A DNA stretch of 64,000 nucleotides from Fibrobacter sp. (GTDB lineage: Bacteria; Fibrobacterota; Fibrobacteria; Fibrobacterales; Fibrobacteraceae): positions 2,463-66,462 of the forward strand of contig JAGAAW010000133.1 of NCBI GenBank assembly GCA_017615055.1, written 5' to 3'. Below are positions 1 through 10,603 of the stretch, piece after piece; position 1 is the first letter of the stretch; each line of letters starts with the position of its first letter. The notes under the pieces were generated by a model, which saw only the letters and a list, made by a program, of their open reading frames with translations, had not been told where the DNA came from and ran no database searches. The position numbers and the translations under genes are program-made.

Positions 1-284
1 GTCTCGCCTAGCCCCGCAAGCAGTTCTGCCGCAATCGCATCGTCGCCGCCGGCAAGCAGTTCTTTCTGCTCGCGGGCTAGTTTCTTGATACGCGCCTCGA
101 GCCTTAGCGCCTGCTCGTGCGAGGGCAGTTCGAACTTGCGCAAAATGCACTCCGGCGGGAACGCCTTCGTGAACTTCGCCCCCTTTCCGGATTTGTGCTG
201 ATCAAAACGCGCCTCGACATCTACGGCATAGCCCGTATATATGCGGTTACCCGCGCAACGCAGCATGTAGACGAAATGCGGCAC
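1..284 (-). CDS. GIY-YIG nuclease family protein (UPF0213/YhbQ-like), runs off window start
   Basis: Not in ORF track; hand translation from GTG 284 gives (M)PHFVYMLRCAGNRIYTGYAVDVEARFDQHKSGKGAKFTKAF...ALRLEARIKKL, i.e. VY-x-YTG, R-x3-H-x-GKGAKFT and A-x3-E-x2-IK motifs. Confidence 0.85.
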   Translation of the reverse strand, partial: MPHFVYMLRCAGNRIYTGYAVDVEARFDQHKSGKGAKFTKAFPPECILRKFELPSHEQALRLEARIKKLAREQKELLAGGDDAIAAELLAGLGE

Positions 285-307
285 AATTAAACAAGAGGGT
301 AAAAAAA

Positions 308-356
308 ATGTGGAATGTGAAATGTGAGATGTGAAATGAATTATTTCACATCTCAT
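308..356. repeat. Heptamer tandem repeat (ATGTGRR x4) followed by an inverted copy
   Basis: atgtgga atgtgaa atgtgag atgtgaa ... tttcacatctcat. Confidence 0.8.
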
Positions 357-359
357 GTA

Positions 360-1721
360 TTATTCGCTCTTCGGCTCTTCAGGAGCGTCATGCGGCTTCG
401 ACACGACGTTCATGTATATCGTGCCAAGGATTGCGGCACTGAAGCTGCCCAGCAGAATGCCGAGCTTCGCGGAATCCTGACGGTCGCCCACGTCGAAGGC
501 AAGGCCCGCGACAAACAGCGCCATCGTAAAGCCGATACCCGCAAGCATGCCGCCACCCCAAAGGACCTTCCAGGGGTAGCTCGGCTTCTTGGAAATACCG
601 ATCTTGACCGAGAGCAAACTGAACAGGAATATGCCGATAGGCTTGCCCAGAATGAGGGCGATTGCCACGGCTCCCATCACCGGAATCTCGACGCCGCCAA
701 GCTTGATTTCGACACCCGCATTGCTGAGCGCGAACAGCGGCATAATGAAGAAATTCACCCAGGGCACCAGCGGCTTGAAGAAACGCTCCTGCATCGAGAT
801 ACTCTCGCGCGCACCGCGCTTGAGCTGCTGGAACACCTCGTACTGTTCGTTCCTGTCCTTCGCCTCGCCCGAAAGCGCACCGCCCAGGCTGCCAGCAAAG
901 TGGGCAAGCCTGCCCTTCGCAAGCACGGGCTTCGCCGGTACCGAGAGGCCAAGCAGCACGCCCGCGATGGTCGGGTGCACGCCGCTCTTCACGAAGAACG
1001 CCCACACCGCAACGCCAATCACGCCGTGCAGCAGCAGGTTACGCACGCCAATGCGGAACAGCACGTTGATAAGCACCAGCAGGGCAATGCCCGTACCGAG
1101 GGCCACAAAGTTGATGCCGTCGCCGCTCGGGTAGCCAATCGCAATCACGAGGATGGCACCGATATCGTCGGCAATGGCGAGGGTCAAAATCATCACGCGC
1201 AGGGCATGCGGGACCTTCTTCCCGAGAATCGCCATGCAGCCCACAACAAAAGCAATATCCGTAGCGGTCGGGATACCCCAGCCACGCGCGGCACTCGCCT
1301 CGCCACCCGGGCAAAGCGCAAGGTAGATGAGGGCCGGGAACAGCATGCCGCCCGCAGCCGCGATAATCGGCAGGCTCGCCGCCTTCGGGTCGTGCAGTTC
1401 GCCGTAAGTCATTTCGCCCTTGACTTCGAGACCGATATTGAAGAAGAATATCGTCATCAGGGCATCGTTGATAAACCAGTGCAGGTCGCCAGCGCCAGTC
1501 CAGTTGGCAATCGTCATGGAGAACGGCATATGCCAAAAGTGGTGATACGTTTCGGGGCTCAGGTTCGCCCAGACAAGAGCGGCAAGCGTCATGATAATGA
1601 GCACGATGCCGCCCGTCGTTTCCACCTTCATCAGGCGTTCGACAGGGGTAATGATTTTCCGGACAGGGGTTTCCGGGAACAGATCTTCAATCTTGTCGCT
1701 GCTAGTAACTTTTGCTGACAT
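360..1721 (-). CDS. nhaA: Na+/H+ antiporter NhaA
   Basis: FINDALMTIFF, GWGIPTATDIAF, LAIADDIGAILVIA, GIGFTMALF motifs; many TM segments. Confidence 0.95.
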   Translation of the reverse strand: MSAKVTSSDKIEDLFPETPVRKIITPVERLMKVETTGGIVLIIMTLAALVWANLSPETYHHFWHMPFSMTIANWTGAGDLHWFINDALMTIFFFNIGLEVKGEMTYGELHDPKAASLPIIAAAGGMLFPALIYLALCPGGEASAARGWGIPTATDIAFVVGCMAILGKKVPHALRVMILTLAIADDIGAILVIAIGYPSGDGINFVALGTGIALLVLINVLFRIGVRNLLLHGVIGVAVWAFFVKSGVHPTIAGVLLGLSVPAKPVLAKGRLAHFAGSLGGALSGEAKDRNEQYEVFQQLKRGARESISMQERFFKPLVPWVNFFIMPLFALSNAGVEIKLGGVEIPVMGAVAIALILGKPIGIFLFSLLSVKIGISKKPSYPWKVLWGGGMLAGIGFTMALFVAGLAFDVGDRQDSAKLGILLGSFSAAILGTIYMNVVSKPHDAPEEPKSE

Positions 1722-1779
1722 ACAAAAACAATATAGATTTTTTTGCCAAAAAGTTCGTCAAACCTGTGTAAAATCGGGT

Positions 1780-2385
1780 TTAGAGTACCGCACGGTAGGC
1801 CTCGACCAGTTTTTCGAGGCTCACGGCGCAGTTCGCGGGCGACGTGGAGGGGAGTTTGACCGCATCGATACCAACATCGGCGGCACAGTACTTCTGGTAT
1901 AGTTTGTGCGCAGTGGCGCCCGTACAGAATATGCGGGCCACCTTCGACCTTGCCACCAGCGCGGCTATCTTGTTCGGGATGGCATCCTCGATGCTCGTGT
2001 CGCTAGCCCCCACGATGGTGCAGCTTTCGAGTACGTCCCAGAGGGCGATGTGGTGCCTCTTGAGCATGGCCTTCTTTTGCGGGATGGTCTCGGGAATGGT
2101 TTCGCCGAGAACTGCAGCGAGCACCTTCCAGAAACGGTTCTGCGGATGCCCGTAGTAGAAGCCCACCTCCCGCGACTTGGGGGATGGTATCGAGCCCAGC
2201 AGGAGCACGCGCGAATCCCGGTCGTAAACCGGCGGGAACTCGTGCGTCACGCGTGTGCGCACGTTTTTGCCGGTGGGCGGTTTACCTGCGGGCAGTTTTT
2301 TGCCGGCGGGAACGTTTTTGCCGGCGGGCGGTTTGCCGGCAGCAAGATGCGCGCGGTTCGTTGTATTTTCTGTTCTGGTAGCCAT
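1780..2385 (-). CDS. Uracil-DNA glycosylase superfamily protein (DNA-deoxyinosine/hypoxanthine glycosylase type) with repetitive N-terminal tail
   Basis: LLGSIPSPKS, FYYGHPQNRFW, IALWDV, LPSTSPAN motifs; ATG 2385 preferred. Confidence 0.85.
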   Translation of the reverse strand: MATRTENTTNRAHLAAGKPPAGKNVPAGKKLPAGKPPTGKNVRTRVTHEFPPVYDRDSRVLLLGSIPSPKSREVGFYYGHPQNRFWKVLAAVLGETIPETIPQKKAMLKRHHIALWDVLESCTIVGASDTSIEDAIPNKIAALVARSKVARIFCTGATAHKLYQKYCAADVGIDAVKLPSTSPANCAVSLEKLVEAYRAVL

Positions 2386-2429
2386 AAGCAACTGCGGGTA
2401 AAGATACGAAAATTTCTATCTTTCCTTAT

Positions 2430-3209
2430 ATGGACAGAGCACGTCGCCGCAAATTCGGCCAGAACTTTCTGGATGTACCTACCGCGCAGATGATTGCGGG
2501 CGACTTGCCTGCAAATGCCGGAGAGGCAGTGCTCGAGATCGGCCCTGGGCACGGCGCCCTCACGGAACACCTGCTGAATCGCGCCGTGCAACTCACTGCC
2601 GTCGAAATCGACGAGCAGTGCGTGGAATTTCTGCAACAGAAATTCCAGGGCCGCGAGAACTTCCACATCGTAAACTGCGACTTCCTCAAGTTCGACCTGC
2701 AGGCATTCCTCGACGCGCACGAAAAACCATGGGTTACCGGAAACCTGCCCTACAACGTGTCCACCGCGATTATCGCGGGTCTCATGCCGCGCCTGCACCT
2801 CACGAAGGGATTCATGGGAATGGTCCAGCTGGAAGTCGCCGAACGCATCTGCGCCGCACCGTGCAGCAGCAACTACGGTAGTTTGTCCGTACTCGTATCT
2901 GCGTTCGCCGACACGCAGATCCTTCGCAAGATCGGGCCCGAACACTTCACGCCCCGCCCGAACGTAGACAGCGCCACGATGCTCCTCACGCCCAAGGAAT
3001 GCCCGCTTGCCGCTCCCGAGGGCTATTTCGAGTTCGTACGCGCCGCCTTCACGCAAAAGAGGAAGACACTCGCGAACTCGTTCGGCCGCGCCTACGACAA
3101 GAAGAAAATCCAGGAAGCCATCGAGCTTTTGGACTACCCCTCTACGGTACGCGCCGAGGAACTTTCCCCCGCGCAGTTCCTGGAATTCTACAAGGTCATT
3201 GTAGGCTAA
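2430..3209 (+). CDS. rsmA: 16S rRNA (A1518/A1519) dimethyltransferase RsmA/KsgA
   Basis: GQNFL, VLEIGPGHGALT, GNLPYNVST, MVQLEVAERI, F-x-QKRKTL. Confidence 0.96.
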   Translation: MDRARRRKFGQNFLDVPTAQMIAGDLPANAGEAVLEIGPGHGALTEHLLNRAVQLTAVEIDEQCVEFLQQKFQGRENFHIVNCDFLKFDLQAFLDAHEKPWVTGNLPYNVSTAIIAGLMPRLHLTKGFMGMVQLEVAERICAAPCSSNYGSLSVLVSAFADTQILRKIGPEHFTPRPNVDSATMLLTPKECPLAAPEGYFEFVRAAFTQKRKTLANSFGRAYDKKKIQEAIELLDYPSTVRAEELSPAQFLEFYKVIVG

Positions 3210-3260
3210 TTCCGCAAGTAGCCCCAATCCCCGTTGATTTCTTTTTTATATTCCCTAAAT

Positions 3261-3704
3261 ATGAAAAAGGCATTATACTTCGTACTAGGGCTCTCCATAC
3301 TCTCGCTCCTGTCTGGCTGTGACTACGCAGAAATAAGGGAGGTAAAAAATTCCTCTCTCCCATACTGCGAAACCTATACCATCGCCGCCGTGATGGATTC
3401 CCTAATGCAAAAAAATTCCTGGTCAGCACATACAGATGCCTCCGGGAAAACAACTATTAGTTGCGAAGGCATGATTATCAACGACAATAGGCTCGTTCCC
3501 GCCGAATTCAGGTTCAGCCAGGCAAACGGAGGGCAGCCAGAGCTGCTTATGTTCACCCTCGAGCAAAAGGCACAGCCGACACTGCTTGCCAACAAATTCT
3601 TCGCAAGGGTATGCTCCGATGACTACTTTAGGAACTTTGAAACAAAAGCAAGCAAGCTACTGAATAAAGTCATTGACAAGGTCAATGAAACCTTAGACAA
3701 GTAG
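3261..3704 (+). CDS. Hypothetical lipoprotein
   Basis: MKKALYF + hydrophobic stretch + LSGC lipobox; ATG 3261 preferred to ORF-track 3234. Confidence 0.75.
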   Translation: MKKALYFVLGLSILSLLSGCDYAEIREVKNSSLPYCETYTIAAVMDSLMQKNSWSAHTDASGKTTISCEGMIINDNRLVPAEFRFSQANGGQPELLMFTLEQKAQPTLLANKFFARVCSDDYFRNFETKASKLLNKVIDKVNETLDK

Positions 3705-6700
3705 CTACTTGCGGTTGGGCCTCTTGTAGCCGAACGGCTTCAGCAGGTCATCACGCACCTTGCGCACGTAGCCCTTCCTGTTAGATTCCTTGTCCCTCTC
3801 CACGGGCGGCGTATCGCACTGAAGTTCAGAACGGACCGACACATCAGTCTTGTAGAGGTACGCACCGGTCGCATACTGGCGACCGTTCGCCGTTCTCACG
3901 TAACCATCCTTGTCCGGTTTCTGCTCAAAGTACAGCGTCATCACGCCGGCATCGTTCGTGTAGTCGGGGTTATCGAGTTCCTGCTCGAAAGAGAAGTAGT
4001 CCACAAAGTTGCCAAGAGTCGTGTACACCCAGATCTTCACCTTCATCGTCGTGTGGTACAGGCTCGCCCTCGAAATATCGCTGCCCATGTTTTCCTGGAA
4101 TTCCGCGGTGCAGTGTTCCCGCACGTATTCCTCCACGGTGTGCTTATCGCCGTTTTCAGAATCGATTCCATCGTAGTTCACAAGGCCGTCCTTGCCAACA
4201 AGGTCGTCAAGCGTCGCAAGGCCCAACGTGGGGCGAATCGTAGAAAGCTTGGTATCGATGGCGAGCGTCGGGCCAAGATGCCCCTCGAGGCCCGGATACG
4301 GTTCATCGCCGCTACCTTCTTCCGTCTCGAACTCACCGCCACGCAGCGTCTCGATTTCCTTGTCCGCCTTGGAATTGTAGATAGTCACCGAGAAGGTCTG
4401 GCCCTCCTTCGGCTCGTTCGCGGCGTAGTATTCCTCGGTCTTTTCGCGCGTTACTATAGTTACCGGAGTGACCACGGAAATATCCAGGTCCTTTGAGTTC
4501 TTCATGATAACCTTCACCGTATCGCTCGCAACATTGCCCGCCTTGTCGCGGTAGAAGCGCACAATCGCGTTGCCGCCCTTCACGAGCCCCTGCTCGGTAA
4601 GTGTATCCATCACCACCGGGCCCTTGCCGTCGTTCCTGTCTACGGTCCACTTCACGTCCACGTAGTTGGCATAGAAAATCTCGTTCTCTTCCGGCGAAAG
4701 GATTTCCACCTTCGGAGGAATCACATCGACCACGATGTAGATGGACTGGCTAGAGATATTGCCGAACTCGTTCGCGTATGTATAGGTCACCTCGTAGCCC
4801 ACGTTGCCGTCGGCATCCTTCACGACCTTCCCCTTCGTATCCAGCGCATAGCCCACCATGACCGTTTCGCCGTTCCTGTCGGTAAAGCGGTAGCTTACCG
4901 TGTAAATGGCTCCGGTCTCCGATTCCACGGGTGCCCCGGTGAACGCATCCGCCGTATACGAAATCTCAACAACCTGCCCGTCAATCTTCGTCTGGTACGC
5001 AACCTTAATCTGCTCATCAACCACGTCGCCCTTTGCGTTCGTCACGTAAGAGACAGTCACGGTATCGCTCCCGACAATTTCCCTGTAACTCACGAGAACA
5101 AGGCTATCGTTGTAGGGGACATACTTGACGGTGCCAGCCGGGGTTTCGTTCAGCACCAGCTTTTCGGACGCAATCTTTTCCACGGTCTTGAACGTCGCCT
5201 GCGGTACGGCCATCGTATCGAACATCACCGCAGCAATGTTCACGCTATGTTCCTTGTACTTGCAGGTAGAATCCGTGTACGTGGAATCCAGAATCGGTTC
5301 CTTGATCTTGACTGCGATATCGTTCAGTTTCTTGTTCACATAGAAAGACGTATCACCTTCGGCGGGCTCTTCCGTGATGGTATAGATGTTCGCATCGGGC
5401 AACTTATCGACCGCCGTAGAGACCTGCACCTCGGGCGTCTTCGTACAGACGAATATCGTCACGTCCTTCACGGCGGGCGTATCCTTCGTCTTGTCGTAAT
5501 AGGTAAGCGTTACCACATTGTAGCCCTCGTGCAAGTCCGTGAGGGTCGTATCCGGCTGGGGGATAGTATCGCCCATCCACGAAAGCGTAAGCGTCTTGTC
5601 GTTTATCTTAATCGGCAAATCCGGATTCGATTCCGAGTAGCTGCCGTTACCCGACTCCGCGTGGGTCACGGTAATCTTGGACGTTTCCACCACGTTCACA
5701 ATTTCAATCTTCACTTCGGCCACGCTCTTGTTGCCGTCGGTATCGGCAATCTGGACCTTGACCGTATAGTACTTCTGGCTATCGGGGAGTGCCTCGTAGT
5801 CAAACACTGCGCGCGTAGTAATCACGCCCGTCAGCGCATCGATCTTGAACAGGCTCGAATCGCCACCCACGAGGCTAAAGCTGTTCTCGCAGAATCCGGA
5901 ATTCGCGCCATCCTGGTCGTAGTAGAGCATCGTGCCGACGGTCGTACCCACGGGCATGTTTTCGGCAACCTGCATCGTCGTATCCGTCACGGAAGGCGGG
6001 TCGTTGTCGTCGACAATCAAGATCTGCACCGCGGTCGAATCTTCGGTCGTGCTGTTTGCGCACTTCACAAAGAACACGTAAGAGGACTGCGTCTCGAAAT
6101 CGAGAACGCCGTTGAGGTATATGCGCGTAGTATCGAACCTGAAGGTGGTTCCCGTATCGCCCGAAACGATGGCGCAGCTCTGGATGTCGGAAATGCGCAG
6201 TTCATCTATAATCCCGACGAGCGTATCGACCGATGCGTTCTCGTTGATGGTGTACTGGAATCGAACCACGTTTATAGTCATCGTCCTTGCAGTATCGCTA
6301 ATGTCCGGGTTGTGGACGTTCGCCACCACGAATTCGAATGTCGTATAGGGCGAGCCGTACTCGTCATGCGCGGGAGTGTAGTTCAGGCTGCCGGGGAACT
6401 TGACGAAGTCCCCTGCCGCTACGGGCACACCATTGTACGTGAGCGTACCCGAGGCCGGGAGCGTCTTGACAATCACGCCGTACTTGTCGAGTACGGTCAC
6501 ACCGTCGTTCTCGTATGCCGGGAATGCCGTAATAGGTAAGGTCTCGTTCATCATCACGGTCACGGACGTATCGTGCGAGATAGGTCTCTTGTCGTTATCC
6601 ACGATGACGTAGTCCATCGAGTAGCTAGAATCAGCATTGCGGTCGCCGTCCGGAGTAATGGCAGCCGTCAGGTTAAAGATTTTCACAATAACGCTCTCGT

Positions 6701-8108
6701 CCGCTTCCTCGAGCATGTCGTCCTTCGCGTGGAACACGATGGGCTTTTCCAGGTCTCTCGAGAACTGCGGGAACGCCGCATGCCCCGTATCCCTGCCGCA
6801 TACCGGAATCTCAGTGTAGTTGGATTCAAGCACGTCGTTCACGTTCGCAAACTTGCAGGCCGGGTCATCCATGTAGCCGTTGCAAGCACTCGCGGGCTTC
6901 AGGGAAAAACAGTAATCAAACGTCACACGGGTCGGCGGGTCCTTCGAAAGTTCCAGTTTTACCGTATCACCACGGGCTTCGTTATCCTCGTAGGCCATAG
7001 AACCCACGGCCATGTTGATTACGGGGGGGCTGAATGGCACATAGCGGAAATCACCCGCCTTGAATTCCGCATTGATGGAAACCTTCTTTGCCAGGAGCTG
7101 CCCCGCAAAGTTGTAGTGCTGCTGGAAACTGATCGTGCCGCCCGAAATATACGTTCCCTGAATGGTGCAGTTCTCTGCCGGGAATGCGATGTCGTTCGGC
7201 GTGTAGAAAAGGAGGTTACCGCCGTAATTCTTGTTCAGTGTGGTGTCCAGGGTACCGCCTTCCCATTGCTCTGTCGTCTCGTTCCAGGAACCATCCGTCA
7301 CATTCAAGATGACAATGTTGTGCAACGTAGACTTAACCGTAAGATTGCCGTCGATAAAGATTCTCACATAGCGATTCCCCGACATGCGGATGAACAGGTA
7401 ATCGTTATTGTTATCCAGCAACATGTCCCCTTTCACGTGGATATTGTAGAACTGGCCAGAACCCGAAGGGATGTCAATGTAGTTGGCCTTGTCACTGAAT
7501 GTGAACGATTCAACTTCCAGGTCATAGGTAATCGTGGAATGGTCTACGCGCGGCACATCCAGCGTGCTATCAAGCGCCGGGATATTATCTGCAGTGCAGT
7601 CAAGCTTTCCACCGCCCTTTGCCAGGCCCTTTGTCATGGTAGACTTGTCCCCTTTCACGCAGAAGTTCCCGTGGAGTGCAACGTTATCGCTGCTAACGGC
7701 ATTGCTGCCGATGTTGAAATTCCCACCGAAATAGGACGGGCCCGTCATAATGGTGTCCTGACCATCCGCATTCTTGAAATCCCCGGCAAATGCGAGCGGA
7801 CCACCGATACTGTGCATGATGTTGCGCATCTCAAGCCCGGCAGTCGCGCTACCCGAATACCCGACCTCATCGGTTATCTGCACGTCCTGACCTATGAAGG
7901 CGACACCATAGGGGTCCCCACTCAACCCCGTGCCCCACAACTTGTACTTGATAAGTTCCTGCCAGGTATCGTTCTGTTCCTGGTCCGTCAACGCATCGTA
8001 AGTCGCGCCGAAGTAGAACGGCGTAATTTCCGAGGCGAAAAGTTCCGCCACGCCCCCAAACCATAGGACCAGCACCCCTAGTGCAAATGACAATTTACAC
8101 TGTCTCAT
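3705..8108 (-). CDS. Large secreted surface protein with cadherin/Ig-like domains and Fibrobacter-type C-terminal domain
   Basis: Signal peptide from ATG 8108; cadherin motifs LDFETQ, DDNDPP, VAENMPVGT, FDYE; C-terminal VYTTLGNFV...NGRQYATGAYLY and basic tail. Confidence 0.8.
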   Translation of the reverse strand: MRQCKLSFALGVLVLWFGGVAELFASEITPFYFGATYDALTDQEQNDTWQELIKYKLWGTGLSGDPYGVAFIGQDVQITDEVGYSGSATAGLEMRNIMHSIGGPLAFAGDFKNADGQDTIMTGPSYFGGNFNIGSNAVSSDNVALHGNFCVKGDKSTMTKGLAKGGGKLDCTADNIPALDSTLDVPRVDHSTITYDLEVESFTFSDKANYIDIPSGSGQFYNIHVKGDMLLDNNNDYLFIRMSGNRYVRIFIDGNLTVKSTLHNIVILNVTDGSWNETTEQWEGGTLDTTLNKNYGGNLLFYTPNDIAFPAENCTIQGTYISGGTISFQQHYNFAGQLLAKKVSINAEFKAGDFRYVPFSPPVINMAVGSMAYEDNEARGDTVKLELSKDPPTRVTFDYCFSLKPASACNGYMDDPACKFANVNDVLESNYTEIPVCGRDTGHAAFPQFSRDLEKPIVFHAKDDMLEEADESVIVKIFNLTAAITPDGDRNADSSYSMDYVIVDNDKRPISHDTSVTVMMNETLPITAFPAYENDGVTVLDKYGVIVKTLPASGTLTYNGVPVAAGDFVKFPGSLNYTPAHDEYGSPYTTFEFVVANVHNPDISDTARTMTINVVRFQYTINENASVDTLVGIIDELRISDIQSCAIVSGDTGTTFRFDTTRIYLNGVLDFETQSSYVFFVKCANSTTEDSTAVQILIVDDNDPPSVTDTTMQVAENMPVGTTVGTMLYYDQDGANSGFCENSFSLVGGDSSLFKIDALTGVITTRAVFDYEALPDSQKYYTVKVQIADTDGNKSVAEVKIEIVNVVETSKITVTHAESGNGSYSESNPDLPIKINDKTLTLSWMGDTIPQPDTTLTDLHEGYNVVTLTYYDKTKDTPAVKDVTIFVCTKTPEVQVSTAVDKLPDANIYTITEEPAEGDTSFYVNKKLNDIAVKIKEPILDSTYTDSTCKYKEHSVNIAAVMFDTMAVPQATFKTVEKIASEKLVLNETPAGTVKYVPYNDSLVLVSYREIVGSDTVTVSYVTNAKGDVVDEQIKVAYQTKIDGQVVEISYTADAFTGAPVESETGAIYTVSYRFTDRNGETVMVGYALDTKGKVVKDADGNVGYEVTYTYANEFGNISSQSIYIVVDVIPPKVEILSPEENEIFYANYVDVKWTVDRNDGKGPVVMDTLTEQGLVKGGNAIVRFYRDKAGNVASDTVKVIMKNSKDLDISVVTPVTIVTREKTEEYYAANEPKEGQTFSVTIYNSKADKEIETLRGGEFETEEGSGDEPYPGLEGHLGPTLAIDTKLSTIRPTLGLATLDDLVGKDGLVNYDGIDSENGDKHTVEEYVREHCTAEFQENMGSDISRASLYHTTMKVKIWVYTTLGNFVDYFSFEQELDNPDYTNDAGVMTLYFEQKPDKDGYVRTANGRQYATGAYLYKTDVSVRSELQCDTPPVERDKESNRKGYVRKVRDDLLKPFGYKRPNRK

Positions 8109-8240
8109 CTCTTTTCTCCTAAAAAAAATGTAGAGGCATCCCGTACATTCCAAATATAGTTTATAAAAATAAACATTTCAAACCGGGATAAGCCCCAAAT
8201 TGGGCAATATCCACCTTATTTATATAGGAGTGGCGATTTT

Positions 8241-9926
8241 TTATTTAGAAGCGATCCTGAGACGGAAAGCCACGCAGGCAATATCTACGGCACGGGGCAG
8301 GCTCATCTCGCGGCTCATGCCCTGAGGCAGGTTCCTGAACCCGACATTACATATAACATCGCAGAGCTTCTGTGCCGCACCCGCGATAGAATCGGCAGAC
8401 GCATCGCTTTCAACATTGCTCGCAGCATTCTGGAGCATGTTCAGCAGCATGAACCCTGCACCAAGCCGCTGCTGCTTATCCACAAGCGTCACGAGGCGCG
8501 AGGTGTCGGCCACAAGAAAGCCTATCTGCAATAGCGTATCGCCAGCAAGCTTCACCTTCACCTGGCGCTCCACGGCAGACGCGGGCCGCACAGACTTCTG
8601 CAGGGGCTGCATGTAGGCGGCGAAGGGTCGCGCATTTACTGTGGATCCTATCAGGCCTTCGGCCTTCCAGGATGACACTGTGGACTTTGCACATTCTGCC
8701 TTGTAATTCGCCATCACAATTATGTTGTCTGCAATATCAAGGTAGTCTCCGCAAGCGCCCGCGACAAGAACGAAGTTCATGCCCGCAGAGGCAAGCTCGC
8801 GAATGCGGTCGGTCAGCGGGATTAGCGGTTCACGCTCGTCACCCAACAGCTTGCGTACGCGCACGTCACGAATCAAGAAATTCACCGCAGAGGAATCCTC
8901 GTCAATAAAGAACGTGCGGGCACCCGCCTCCATCGCCTCGAGCAGGTTCGCCGCCTCGCTCGTAGAACCCGAGGCCGAGAGCGTGTTGAAATCCTTCGTG
9001 CTTATGCCACCGGGCAAGTCGCGCACGAACATCGAGAGGTCGGTCCCGCGTACGCTGCGCCCGTCCTCCACGCCCACACGGAGTGCAGTCGCATCCACAA
9101 CTATACCCTCGCGCCCATCGCCCGGAACATGCGGGTACACCGCGCGAGTCAGTGCCTGCAATAGCGTCGACTTCCCATGGAATGCGCCACCGGTAATTAC
9201 CGTAATCCCCTTCGGGATTCCCATGCCGCGGATCTCGCGCCCGCAGGCATTGAACGTCACTGCAAGTTCATCGGGGGCAAAAAACGGTACTGCCCCTTCA
9301 AGCGGTAACTCGCTCAGGCCCGATGCACGCGGCAGCACCGCCCCGTCAGGCACAAACGCGCACAGCCCGCGCCCTTCCAGTTCCGCAAGTATCTCCTTGC
9401 GTTCGGCAAGCACGCGGTAATGCTCCTGCATCGCGGGTTCATCGCCCTTATTATAATAGAGCCCCGCCGATACCAGGTCGGGCATAACCATCGTCAAAAT
9501 CTCTGCGGCAAGTTCCGCCTGTATCTTGCGGCCCTCGCCGGGGAGCCGCACCTGCAGGCACGCGCGAATCTCGCCGTTATCAATCCACAGGCTGTTCCGC
9601 ACCAGCATCTCGGGTCCAGCCGTATCGAAAACAACCGCGGCATCCTTCCCGGGGTACTTTTCCTGCACCAAGCGCCCGAGCTTGCGGTACAGGTAGTCGC
9701 TCAATGCAAGCCTGCGCTCGAAACCCGAACCCCACTCCGGCGCATAGCCGAGCGTTGCAAGCTTAGCACGCAGCAGCACGCGCGAGGCAGGCGCAAACGG
9801 GTCCCCCTGCACATGGATAAACTCCAGGATAAAGTCACCAAAATCCCACGTCCTTTCGGCGAGGGACTTGTACAGGCCATAGGGCTTTCCATCGAGGATT
9901 CGTATCTTCTGGTACAGCGCTTTCAT
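8241..9926 (-). CDS. Predicted ATPase of the ABC class (ABC_ATPase/MRB1590-like family)
   Basis: HVQGDPFAPAS, Walker A GGAFHGKST, HVPGDGRE, ASGSTSEAAN, Walker B FFIDEDSSAVNF. Confidence 0.85.
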   Translation of the reverse strand: MKALYQKIRILDGKPYGLYKSLAERTWDFGDFILEFIHVQGDPFAPASRVLLRAKLATLGYAPEWGSGFERRLALSDYLYRKLGRLVQEKYPGKDAAVVFDTAGPEMLVRNSLWIDNGEIRACLQVRLPGEGRKIQAELAAEILTMVMPDLVSAGLYYNKGDEPAMQEHYRVLAERKEILAELEGRGLCAFVPDGAVLPRASGLSELPLEGAVPFFAPDELAVTFNACGREIRGMGIPKGITVITGGAFHGKSTLLQALTRAVYPHVPGDGREGIVVDATALRVGVEDGRSVRGTDLSMFVRDLPGGISTKDFNTLSASGSTSEAANLLEAMEAGARTFFIDEDSSAVNFLIRDVRVRKLLGDEREPLIPLTDRIRELASAGMNFVLVAGACGDYLDIADNIIVMANYKAECAKSTVSSWKAEGLIGSTVNARPFAAYMQPLQKSVRPASAVERQVKVKLAGDTLLQIGFLVADTSRLVTLVDKQQRLGAGFMLLNMLQNAASNVESDASADSIAGAAQKLCDVICNVGFRNLPQGMSREMSLPRAVDIACVAFRLRIASK

Positions 9927-10043
9927 ATAAAATCGGGTTTCAGGGGCCGCTTTAAAAGAATTTTACCTACAAAATATTAAAAAAGTGAGCCACATCATGG
10001 AAAACTTTATATTTTAGGGTAAAACGCAAATAGGAGTAAAAAC

Positions 10044-10583
10044 ATGAAAAAGCTCTACATTTTCGCCCTTATGGTGGCGTTCCTCATGACCGCGGCTGTC
10101 GCCGACGATGATCCACCTCCGCGCGGCAAGGCTGCAACCGTCACCATCATCACCAACCCGCCCAACAGCGACGTGTACCTGGGTAACGAACTCCTGGGCA
10201 AGAGCCCCATCGAGAACATGCAGGTCAAGTCGGGCCGCCAGACGCTTATCGTCATCGACCAGGGCTACGAACTGGTGAACCAGCGCGTGAACGTGTGGCC
10301 GGGCAACGACAAGCGTAACACCTTCGACTACGGTACCAAGATCCCGAAGGGCCACATCGAAGTGACCACCATCCCAGGCAAGTGCCTCATCTACGTCGAC
10401 GGTGAAAACTCCGACAAGACCGACGGTGCAGCACTCACCATCCACAACCTCGACGCAGGCGACCACCTGGTTCGTGCCGAATGCTCCAACCGCAAGTCCG
10501 CCGAAATGCTCGTGACCGTGAAGGGTGAAGAAACCGTCAAGATTACTCTCGACGCCACCTCCGGCAAGAAGAAAAAGAAGTAA
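10044..10583 (+). CDS. Secreted PEGA-domain protein (two PEGA-like units)
   Basis: Signal peptide; ITNPPNSDVYLG-x3-LGKSP and VTTIPGKCLIYVDG; RBS AGGAG. Confidence 0.8.
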   Translation: MKKLYIFALMVAFLMTAAVADDDPPPRGKAATVTIITNPPNSDVYLGNELLGKSPIENMQVKSGRQTLIVIDQGYELVNQRVNVWPGNDKRNTFDYGTKIPKGHIEVTTIPGKCLIYVDGENSDKTDGAALTIHNLDAGDHLVRAECSNRKSAEMLVTVKGEETVKITLDATSGKKKKK

Positions 10584-10603
10584 TCTCTAGGTTAAGCATT
10601 ATA

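Noticed and set aside
8241-9926. ABC transporter ATP-binding subunit
   Set aside because: No LSGGQ signature or adjacent permease; matches the stand-alone ABC-class ATPase family
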